Source of the DNA: an uncultured cyanobacterium
Lineage (GTDB): Bacteria > Cyanobacteriota > Cyanobacteriia > Cyanobacteriales > CAWCAG01
DNA: 64,000 bases
Assembly (NCBI GenBank): GCA_963803805.1
Contig: CAWDOD010000002.1
Coordinates: 1,152,001-1,216,000 of the forward strand
Direction of reading: 5' to 3'
This document shows, piece by piece, positions 31,395-39,908 of this stretch. Made by a program: the position numbers and the translations under genes. Each line of letters begins with the position of its first letter. Positions within the stretch are counted from its first letter, which is position 1. The notes under the pieces are model-generated. The model had not been told where the DNA came from, made no database searches, and worked only from the letters and a program-made list of their open reading frames with translations.

Positions 31395-33107
31395 ATGAAT
31401 AATGACACTAGTTGGATATTCCAGCAACCCCGCAATCTCATCAGTGTTTATGTCTTACTTAGTAGTGTCTGGATATTACTCTTTGACTTTTTATTACAGC
31501 AATTAATAGATGACCTTGAATTATTAAGCCAAATACAAAGTGTAAGAAGCTGGATTTTTGTCTTTACTACAGGTTTGTTTGTTTATTTGTTGTTACGTTG
31601 GCGGCTAAAAAACAAAAAACTTCCGAAAATAGAAACACTCAATCAAGATTCTCATACCGTGCTTCAATTAATTAGTAATAATTCTGACCAATCCCTGAAA
31701 AATTCACCTGGAAACTCCAAAGTCAAGAAGCAAAATAAAAATAAGCTTACTGATTGCGAACAATTAGAAAATGAGCTTGAACGAGTTGCTTTTTACGATA
31801 ACTCAACAGGATTACCAAACAAAGCTTGGTTTTTGAAACACTTAGATAAGCTTCTCAAATCAGAAAAAAATCAAGATCAAAAAGTATTTGCTGTAGTTTT
31901 TATTAATCTAGATCGCTTCGCCACGATTAAATATAGTTTAGGTCATAAAATTGCTGAGCAGTTAATTGCTACCATCGCTAAAGAAATTCAAGGAATCTTG
32001 GCATTAAATGAATCCATCGTGCGAGTAGGAGATAAAGCCTTGGCAATTTTATGGCAAGAACAATTATTTGAACTAGATGTTATCTCCCTTGCTAAACTCG
32101 TTTCCAAAAAATTAAACTCTCCCCTTAACTTAAATGATTATGAAATATATTCTCCTGTTAGTATAGGAATTGCTTTTGGCAACAAGAATTCTCAAACAGA
32201 AAAAAACTGCTTTTCTCAGCCAGAAGATTTACTAGATGCAGCAGATACGGCTATGAATTATGCCAAAACTGAAGCTAAAGCTGGTTATGCTGTCTTCAAA
32301 CCCCAAATGCACCAGCAAGCTTTAGCACGTTTGCAGTTAGAAACAGACTTGCGACGAGGTATTCAAAATGAGCAACTGAAAATTGTTTACCAACCAATAG
32401 TTTCTCTAAAAACCGGCGTTATTACTGGATTTGAAGCCCTAGTGCGTTGGAAACACCCTACAGAGGGCTGGATTTCTCCCAACAAATTTATTCCTTTAGC
32501 AGAAGAAAGCGGTTTAATAAGTTCAATTGATTGGTGGATTTTAGAAAAAGCTTGCCAACAAATCAGCACTTGGCAAAGAGAAGGTAAAGTAAGTGATTCT
32601 TTTGCTGTAAGTGTGAATATGTCTGGGCAAATGCTCTATCAAATCGGTATGCAGTCTCGTTTGGAGAGTATTTTAAGTAAAACTCAAATTAAAAGAGGTA
32701 GCTTGAAGCTAGAAATCACTGAAAGGGTGATGATGAAACACAATGATGTCGAAACAGGAATGCTGCAACAGCTTAAGTCTCTCGGTATTAAACTTTCTAT
32801 TGACGATTTTGGTACAGGTTATTCTTGTTTGGAAAGATTGCATCAACTGCCCATTGATACTTTAAAGATAGACCGTTCTTTCGTTAGTCGTATGGATTCT
32901 GACGAAGAAAGTTTAGAAATTATTCGCACCATTATTACCTTAGCCCACGGCTTGGAAATGGATGTGATTGCCGAAGGGATTGAAGAAGCAGAACAAATTT
33001 CTCAACTACTTTGGTTACAGTGTGAATATGGACAAGGATATTTGTTTTCTAAACCTCTTCAAGGGAAAGCAGCAGAGAAGTTGTTAGCAGAAAAATTGTA
33101 TTGGTAA
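31395..33107 (+). CDS. Membrane-anchored GGDEF(degenerate)-EAL protein, probable c-di-GMP phosphodiesterase
   Basis: Two N-terminal TMs; GLPN and NLDRF, with RVGDKAL at the GGDEF position; intact EALVRW, LEITE, DDFGTGYS, KIDRSF, AEGIE, QGY. Confidence 0.9.
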   Translation: MNNDTSWIFQQPRNLISVYVLLSSVWILLFDFLLQQLIDDLELLSQIQSVRSWIFVFTTGLFVYLLLRWRLKNKKLPKIETLNQDSHTVLQLISNNSDQSLKNSPGNSKVKKQNKNKLTDCEQLENELERVAFYDNSTGLPNKAWFLKHLDKLLKSEKNQDQKVFAVVFINLDRFATIKYSLGHKIAEQLIATIAKEIQGILALNESIVRVGDKALAILWQEQLFELDVISLAKLVSKKLNSPLNLNDYEIYSPVSIGIAFGNKNSQTEKNCFSQPEDLLDAADTAMNYAKTEAKAGYAVFKPQMHQQALARLQLETDLRRGIQNEQLKIVYQPIVSLKTGVITGFEALVRWKHPTEGWISPNKFIPLAEESGLISSIDWWILEKACQQISTWQREGKVSDSFAVSVNMSGQMLYQIGMQSRLESILSKTQIKRGSLKLEITERVMMKHNDVETGMLQQLKSLGIKLSIDDFGTGYSCLERLHQLPIDTLKIDRSFVSRMDSDEESLEIIRTIITLAHGLEMDVIAEGIEEAEQISQLLWLQCEYGQGYLFSKPLQGKAAEKLLAEKLYW

Positions 33108-34040
33108 TAACATTTATTATTAGACATCCAGTAAGGGAGATTCAATTAAATAAGTATCCAACCACCCCATCAAATATCTAATTGGTTTGTCGATATTTTC
33201 CCTGCACCTGAATAAACTTGGATGTTTTATTTTCTGGAGTTCCCTAACTAGCTATGAGCCATCTAGAAAGATTTTTTAGATATTCTTTCCGGCTGTACGA
33301 AAAAGGAAAAAAGCATTGCCGCTTAAAAATGCCTTTGAAAACTTGTTTTTAGGAACGCACCTTTTCCACCATGTACAGAATATCATGTCAAGGAAGGAAA
33401 AAGCAAAGTTTGGTTTAATTTAAACACTGATAAGCAAAACTTTTGTTTTTATTAGTTAACCTAAAAATAATCTAAACAAAGCAAGTTTTTAGAGCTTTTA
33501 TAAAGCTATATTAAGAAGGGTTTTAGCAACGTATTTTCAAGGTTATCTTCTGTAGTACTATAATTAGTGAATTATTAAAGAGTGTTATTTTGGGTTTTTT
33601 GTAACTATAAAAGTTTGTTCTTGATAAAGCTAACGCAACATCAAGCTTTATCTCCAACTTAACGGCTATTGAAAAGTATTTGGTTCATAATACAACTGGC
33701 CTTACATTTACTTCATACTTCGCAATAAAACAAGCTACCTCTTGACAAAGCATGAGTAAGGTGCAATCGCTTAGTTGAAAAATAGGTTGCCGTGAACCAC
33801 AATTCTAGAATTTCTTAGGATTTAAGTGAGATTAGGAGAAAGAGTGTTTGTCTCTGCGACTTCCTGAGTAGAAAAATGCTATAGCTATTTAAAAAGGTTG
33901 CTGTAGCTGAATTCAAGAATATTAGCTAGCAAAAAAACCATCACAAGTATGCTCATATAACTAAGATTTGACATTCTCACGTAAATTGACTATAAAAGTG
34001 ATATCTCACATAAATGAAGTAATTTTATTGGTTTTAAGCT

Positions 34041-35429
34041 ATGAAAACTATTTATACAAAAATCCTCATCTTTCCCCTCACTTTTGTATTAGGTTTATCT
34101 ACCGTAGGTTGCGGCGAAACTCGGTCTGTACAATGCAACAAGATTGGTGATATTGTCAACGACACAAGCTCCAAATTACGCGGGGCCGGAACCGGAAAAG
34201 CAGGATTGCTCGAAGGTATTAACATTGCTAAACAAGGAGCAGATCAGTTAGAGAATCTTCAAGTGAGGGATAAAAGCCTTAAGAATTTGCAATCTCACTT
34301 AATAGAAAATTATCGAGAATACAGCCAAGCTTACCAAGAACTAACTCAATTTGTAGACAAACATGGAGTCGTTCAAGGCAACAACCCTCAAATAGAAAAA
34401 CTTATTGTCCGCAGTGCTGAAATTGGTAAAAAATCAAACTCTATTGTTGCAGGATTAGAAAGCTATTGTAGTGGAGATAGCCTCCCCGAAGAGTTTAAAG
34501 CACCTGCTGTCAGCGAATTAATACTTGCAAAGGAAGAACAACCTCAAGTACAAACAGTTTCTGACACTTCTGTAACCTCTACCCCACAAAAACAACAACG
34601 CAACAACTTTACTAAAGCTCTTGATCTAGGTATGAGTGCTGCTGTCATGGGACAAACAGCACTTTCTGCTGAAGATTGGCAGTTAGTAGCTAAAAAATGG
34701 CAAGGTGCGATCACACTTTTAAAAGCTGTTTCCTCATCCAATAGTAATTACAAACAAGCCCAGAACAAAATCTTTGAATATCAATCTAACTTAGAGATTG
34801 CCCAAAATAAAGTTGCTCAATACCAACGCAACTACTTTCAAGAAGCTTTAAATAGCGGTAGACGGGCTGCCAATGGTGCAAGTTCAGCTAATAGTGCCAA
34901 AGATTGGCAACAAGTAGCCCAAAACTGGCAACAAGGTATCAAACATTTGCAAGCAGTATCAAAAACTAGCTCCAATTACAACAAAGCTCAAAACAAAATC
35001 TATGAATATGAGAATAACCTTGCCATTGCTAAATATCAACAAGAGCAATACCTTTACCGAGAAAATCCTTGTCTTTTAGTCGCCAAAGAAGCTAATTCCT
35101 CTCAGCTTGTGGAATTAAATCAAGTCGGATTTTACCCAACCTCTTCTGGGCAAAGCAACTATATTACGGGTTGCCTTACCAACCACAGTGGCAAAAGTTT
35201 AAGCAATGTTAGGGTTAGCCTAAACTATGCCGGCTTAAACCCCGCTACTGGCATTATTTTTGGCCAAAAAACTTCTTCCCTCACCTTTACTAACAGCACT
35301 GTTAAACCTGGACAAACAGTACCGTTTCAACTTAATTCTTCCCTAAACAGAGATATACTATACGTAGAAATAACCACCCTATCCTCAGAACTAGGAACAA
35401 CTCCTTTATATGTTGAGGTAGGTGGATGA
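34041..35429 (+). CDS. Putative lipoprotein with two helical repeats and a C-terminal Ig-like (FxLYD/DUF3426-like) domain
   Basis: Lipobox LSTVGC; duplicated A.DWQ.VA..WQ..I..L.AVS...SNY..AQNKI.EY..NL.IA; ITGCLTNHSGK...VKPGQTVPF. Confidence 0.75.
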   Translation: MKTIYTKILIFPLTFVLGLSTVGCGETRSVQCNKIGDIVNDTSSKLRGAGTGKAGLLEGINIAKQGADQLENLQVRDKSLKNLQSHLIENYREYSQAYQELTQFVDKHGVVQGNNPQIEKLIVRSAEIGKKSNSIVAGLESYCSGDSLPEEFKAPAVSELILAKEEQPQVQTVSDTSVTSTPQKQQRNNFTKALDLGMSAAVMGQTALSAEDWQLVAKKWQGAITLLKAVSSSNSNYKQAQNKIFEYQSNLEIAQNKVAQYQRNYFQEALNSGRRAANGASSANSAKDWQQVAQNWQQGIKHLQAVSKTSSNYNKAQNKIYEYENNLAIAKYQQEQYLYRENPCLLVAKEANSSQLVELNQVGFYPTSSGQSNYITGCLTNHSGKSLSNVRVSLNYAGLNPATGIIFGQKTSSLTFTNSTVKPGQTVPFQLNSSLNRDILYVEITTLSSELGTTPLYVEVGG

Positions 35430-35898
35430 GGGGATGAGATACGGGAGAAAAAACTGTTGCCTATTGCCTACTGCCCATACCAGATAAAGTTAATTGATTT
35501 AACTCTTAATAATTATTCTGATAAGGGTATCATACCTATAGTTGAACTTGCTTACCTGTGTTAATTTTGAAGCTAAACTTGTTGAAAGTAACCAAGCTAT
35601 AAAATCAGAGAATTTTTATGGTGTAAGTAGAGATGATTATTTTAAATAAAAGAATTTCTTCACTAAAATAAGCTATTTTGAGCCTAATAAAACAGGTATC
35701 TATGGTTAAAACAATTGATTATTCTCTCTGTAGAGTGATGCGTAAGTATTCAAAATTAGTTTATTACTATCTCAAGTATATTTTGATAGCTAGTTTTCAC
35801 TGTTAAAGGTTCTCCTTTACTTGTCAATGTTCAGTTGACAAACTAGGAATTGTATTAGTTTATAACTTAACTCTTTCCCTATTGACTAGTTTCACCAA

Positions 35899-37344
35899 AT
35901 GAAATTCAGTATCATTATCACTACCTACAATCGTCTGCCCTTATTAAAGCGTGCTATTGAAAAATCTTTGGCTCAAACTATTCCCTGCGAAGTTATTGTC
36001 GTAGATGATTGTTCTGAGGATGGAACCCAAGATTACGTCACTACTTTTATCAAAAAAACCGGTAATAAATCCTTGGTTTATCATCGCAATCAGGTTAACC
36101 TAGGTCATTCCCAGAGTGTTAATGTCGGGGTTAAAATTGCTACAGGAGAATGGCTTAAATTTCTTGATGATGACGATTATCTTGCCCCTAATTGCATCGA
36201 AGAAATTACTCAAGTTGTTTCTCTACATCCTCAAGGGGTAATTTGCTCTGTACAAGCAGCCCAAGTAGATGAAAATGAAGTAGAAATCACCAGAACTAGA
36301 CAAATCACTGCTGGTAAAGCTTTTTATATCCCTCAAGAAGACATTCACTACGGTATGCTGCTAGAGATGGTTCCTTTTGGCACTCCGGTTCAAGTTGCTT
36401 GTCGCCGAGATGCTTTCCTCAAATCGGGGGGTTGGGATTCTGGTTTGGACGCTAATTTTGATGATATAGATTCTTGGATTAAAATTGCTCAGTTTGGAGA
36501 TGCTATTTTCATCAATGAGTGTTTAGCTTATCGTACTATTTGGTCTGGTGCATTTAACCAAAAGTTTTCTTTAGAAAAGCGGCTAGAAACCAACCTATTA
36601 ATTAAGCGAAGTATTCATGGTTTAATACATCCTAAACATCGCCACACGACCCCCAGCATTGAAACTATTGCTAGATATCTTAAGTTACATTGGAGCTTGG
36701 TTGCCCTCAAACAAACCAAATTTAGCACAGCTTTTCAATTAATGTTTCCCAACGTCTTTTTCTGGCCTGCTTGGCAAGTAATCTTAGGCAAAGCCGGAGA
36801 AAGCTATCGCAATCGTAACTTACATCAAATTGTGGTTAAACAGGATGTTAAGAAAGTCACTCAAGAGCAACAGTCTTACCAGGAAATAATAGAGCAAATC
36901 AGAAGCTATTTAAAGCTACGTTGGGGGCTAAAAGCTTTTCAAAAAGGTGAGTTTGCTCTAGGTATTCAAGCAGCTTTATCAGCTTTATTTTCTTCTCAAG
37001 TTTGGGGTATCACCTTCGCAGCCGCTCTTCCAAGATTGTATCAAGAAAATCTGGACTTTAAAAAGCAATTAAACCAGAATATTTTGGTAATGGAAGGGAT
37101 TTTCTCTTTGCTTAATGACAAGTATCAAGAAACATTACCTAACCTCCAAGAATTAGAAAAATATCTTAAAGTACGTCTATTTCTTTTAGCTTTTCGTGAA
37201 GGGAAACTGAGGGTTGCTATGAGGTTGGCTTTACCAACAATTCTCTCACCGGTGGTCTGGAAGCTATTATCGAGAATTGCTATCTTAACCCGTATTAGTA
37301 AGCAAAAACCCGCTATTCGTAGATTTATTTTATTAGAATCATGA
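35899..37344 (+). CDS. Glycosyltransferase family 2 protein
   Basis: SIIITTYNR, VVDDCSEDGT, FLDDDD; repeated helical C-terminal extension. Confidence 0.93.
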   Translation: MKFSIIITTYNRLPLLKRAIEKSLAQTIPCEVIVVDDCSEDGTQDYVTTFIKKTGNKSLVYHRNQVNLGHSQSVNVGVKIATGEWLKFLDDDDYLAPNCIEEITQVVSLHPQGVICSVQAAQVDENEVEITRTRQITAGKAFYIPQEDIHYGMLLEMVPFGTPVQVACRRDAFLKSGGWDSGLDANFDDIDSWIKIAQFGDAIFINECLAYRTIWSGAFNQKFSLEKRLETNLLIKRSIHGLIHPKHRHTTPSIETIARYLKLHWSLVALKQTKFSTAFQLMFPNVFFWPAWQVILGKAGESYRNRNLHQIVVKQDVKKVTQEQQSYQEIIEQIRSYLKLRWGLKAFQKGEFALGIQAALSALFSSQVWGITFAAALPRLYQENLDFKKQLNQNILVMEGIFSLLNDKYQETLPNLQELEKYLKVRLFLLAFREGKLRVAMRLALPTILSPVVWKLLSRIAILTRISKQKPAIRRFILLES

Positions 37345-37471
37345 TAAGCTGATGTGCATTTAAACTGCGTATTACTCAACTCGGAAATAAGCCCTAAAAC
37401 CCTCCCCCCATCTCCCTATCCCCCTATCTCCCCATCAAACCTAATAAGTAAATTAAATGCCTGACAGCTTA
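37345..37471. mobile_element. MITE-like element (TAAGCTG...CAGCTTA), copy 1
   Basis: Imperfect inverted termini TAAGCTGATGTGCATTTAA / TTAAATGCCTGACAGCTTA; near-identical copy at 57126-57236. Confidence 0.85.
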
Positions 37472-37478
37472 TCATTTA

Positions 37479-38900
37479 TCACCCTAGCTTTTCTTGACAG
37501 CGTTCTACATAAATACGAGCAGTTTTATCTTCAGGATTCTGCTCTACACATTCACAGAAAAGCATTTCTGCTTCAGCATAATACTTTTGGTGGAAAAACA
37601 GTAATCCCTGTTCAAATCTAATTTTAGTCTCCAATTTTCCTTGGCGTACTTCGGGAGGATCACCATCAAACACCTCATAAATAGTAACCCAATCCGATTT
37701 ACCTTTAACTTTAACCCGGTCAATAATACGAATACAATAATTGTTAGCGTCTTTTAATTTTAAGAAAGTATGATGGGAAATAAAGAAAGATACCCCATAA
37801 CTTTCGGTTATTTCTTCTAGTCGAGCAGCTAAATTAACCGTATCACTAATAACAGTACCATCCATACGATTTTTGCCTCCAACTGTACCCAACATCAAAG
37901 AACCTGTATTAATACCAATACCAATTTTAATCGGCGCACGTCCCGGTCTTTGTCTGGTTTGATTATATTCATCTAAAAGTTTTAACATAGAAATGCCAGC
38001 GGTAACAGCATCATCTGCACTACCACTAAAAAGAGCCATAATAGCATCGCCAATATATTTATCAATGAAACCATTATTATTAATAATTGCTGGCTCCATG
38101 CGGCTTAAATAGGCATTAATAAAGTTAAAGCTATCTTTTGAACTCATGCGTTCAGAAAGACTAGTAAAAGCTCGAATATCAGAAAATAAAACCGACATTT
38201 CCTTTTCTACAGATTCTCCTAATTCCACATCAATAATACTTTTTTTATTTAAGAACTGGAGAAACTCATGGGGAACAAAACGTTCGTAAGCTTGGTTAAG
38301 TTTAAATAATTGGTTAGTATATTTGCGAAGCTCTAACTCAGCATTTTTGCGTTCTGTAATATCAGCAAAAGCCGCGATCGCATAAATAATTTCTTTCTTT
38401 TCATTAAAGATTGGTGTCGCCCAAACTTCCACAGAAATAGTTTTATTTCCTTGGCGTATTTCTACATCATCAACAGCAACACTTTCTCCTTGCAAAGCCC
38501 TTAATAAAGGTTGGCGATCGCCAGGATAAAATTCAGCAGTTTCTGATAGATAAAATTGATATACTTCTGATAGCTTCTCGGCGGTGATTTCTGGAGCGAT
38601 ACCTTTACCTAACAATTGTTCTGCTCTTTTATTAGCGTAAAAAGGTTTGCCTTGAGCATCAACAACAAAAACGCCTATGGGCATAGCTTCTAGAAATTGC
38701 TGCAATCTCTTCTTGCTTTCAACTAAAACAGTTTCTGCTTGTTTGTGTAGTTCTGCTTCAATAGTGTCAGAATGTTCAGTAGTTGTCTCTAGGAGAATTT
38801 CTAGGTCAACTTTTTCCTGCTTTAACTCCGCAAGTTCCTGACGCAGATTTTCTATCTCTAATAAGAGTTGTTCTGTAGAGGGTGGTTCTTCTTGCTGCAT
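37479..38900 (-). CDS. Class III adenylate cyclase with N-terminal coiled coil, PAS domain and C-terminal TPR-like helix pair
   Basis: LFSDIRAFT, IDKYIGDAIMA (Lys, ATP-specifying), GIGINTG, DGTVISDTVNLAARLE, VKGKS; PAS (MPIGVFVVD...DITERK). Confidence 0.93.
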   Translation of the reverse strand: MQQEEPPSTEQLLLEIENLRQELAELKQEKVDLEILLETTTEHSDTIEAELHKQAETVLVESKKRLQQFLEAMPIGVFVVDAQGKPFYANKRAEQLLGKGIAPEITAEKLSEVYQFYLSETAEFYPGDRQPLLRALQGESVAVDDVEIRQGNKTISVEVWATPIFNEKKEIIYAIAAFADITERKNAELELRKYTNQLFKLNQAYERFVPHEFLQFLNKKSIIDVELGESVEKEMSVLFSDIRAFTSLSERMSSKDSFNFINAYLSRMEPAIINNNGFIDKYIGDAIMALFSGSADDAVTAGISMLKLLDEYNQTRQRPGRAPIKIGIGINTGSLMLGTVGGKNRMDGTVISDTVNLAARLEEITESYGVSFFISHHTFLKLKDANNYCIRIIDRVKVKGKSDWVTIYEVFDGDPPEVRQGKLETKIRFEQGLLFFHQKYYAEAEMLFCECVEQNPEDKTARIYVERCQEKLG

Positions 38901-38966
38901 TGCACAGGATGGGATTCATTTTTCAAAGTTTAATTCGATTTACTTAATTACTTATTACTTACTATT

Positions 38967-39311
38967 CTACGCCCATTCTAATTCTAAGCTAGGCATCAAG
39001 CGTTGGAGATTTTTCAAGGATTTGCCTTGCCAAGGAATTTGCTTAGATCCCTGTACTACCATAGAAACATCTTTTTTCTGGCGGACTTTAATAACAAATT
39101 TTGATAAAACATTAATACCTGAACTATTAAGAAACTGCAAGTCTTGCAAATTCAAAGTAATAATGGGAGACTTTTGTTCAAGGACTTGGTGTAGTAACTC
39201 AATAATTGGTGCATATTCTTCCATACCACTAAGTCTTAGAGTCCCTTGACAGTTTACCGTTGCTGTAGATTGTTTATAGCAAATACTGTATTCTTTTGTC
39301 TTAATCTCCAT
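38967..39311 (-). CDS. STAS/anti-anti-sigma-like protein (slr1659-like, SiaC analogue)
   Basis: 114 aa; LNLQDLQFLNSSGINVL resembles the STAS phosphoacceptor motif (D/N)SSG. Confidence 0.8.
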   Translation of the reverse strand: MEIKTKEYSICYKQSTATVNCQGTLRLSGMEEYAPIIELLHQVLEQKSPIITLNLQDLQFLNSSGINVLSKFVIKVRQKKDVSMVVQGSKQIPWQGKSLKNLQRLMPSLELEWA

Positions 39312-39326
39312 TTCTACCTCTGTAAG

Positions 39327-39908
39327 CTATAACTTTAGCTGTACTAATGTGGTTAAAGCAACTATTTCTGGATCTTGCTGCACCGTCTCTAATTTCCAGC
39401 CAACCTGTGCCATATAATCATTGATTATGGTTAAAAAGCCTAACCCAGAGTTGGTATCGTTGTCACCCTGAGCATTTTCTTCTAATTGCAGAATATATAA
39501 TTCTTGGGGATCGTAGGTTGCTAGTTTGTTGATAAAAACTTTAAGTTTATCTTGGTATTGAGAACTAATGCTATTAGTAGTAGAAAAAACCACTCTATCC
39601 CGGTGAAAATGCAAGCTAATACTGATCGGATAATCCTTTTCTTCATCATTGAACTTCATTGCATTTTCTAACAATTCATTGGCAATATAACTAACAGCAC
39701 CTTTAATCTCTGCTTGATGCTCCATCTCATTTAACTCAATTTCATTGTTAAGAAAGAAAGTGGTTAAATAGTCTCCTAAAAAATCAGCCGATAAACCATT
39801 GTTGCGCCAACGTTTCTTGATGGGAACTGAGCTAGGTGAAAATTGCAGGATCAAATATTCTTGAGTTGCAGGTAGATTGTGTCCGTAGTCTCCAAATACT
39901 TGCTTCAT
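39327..39908 (-). CDS. GHKL-type Ser/Thr kinase-like protein (slr1658/SiaB-like, DUF6272)
   Basis: N-box ANELLENAMKF, G-box SGLGFLTI, no HisKA; ATGA overlap with upstream amt fusion. Confidence 0.8.
   Translation of the reverse strand: MKQVFGDYGHNLPATQEYLILQFSPSSVPIKKRWRNNGLSADFLGDYLTTFFLNNEIELNEMEHQAEIKGAVSYIANELLENAMKFNDEEKDYPISISLHFHRDRVVFSTTNSISSQYQDKLKVFINKLATYDPQELYILQLEENAQGDNDTNSGLGFLTIINDYMAQVGWKLETVQQDPEIVALTTLVQLKL

Noticed and set aside
33120-33230. Degenerate MITE (TAGACATCC...GGATGTTTTA)
   Set aside because: Inverted match too short and no second copy in the window
30500-38370. HIP1-free stretch as evidence of horizontal transfer
   Set aside because: At roughly one site per 2 kb, one gap this long in the window is not clearly beyond chance, and counting was by eye
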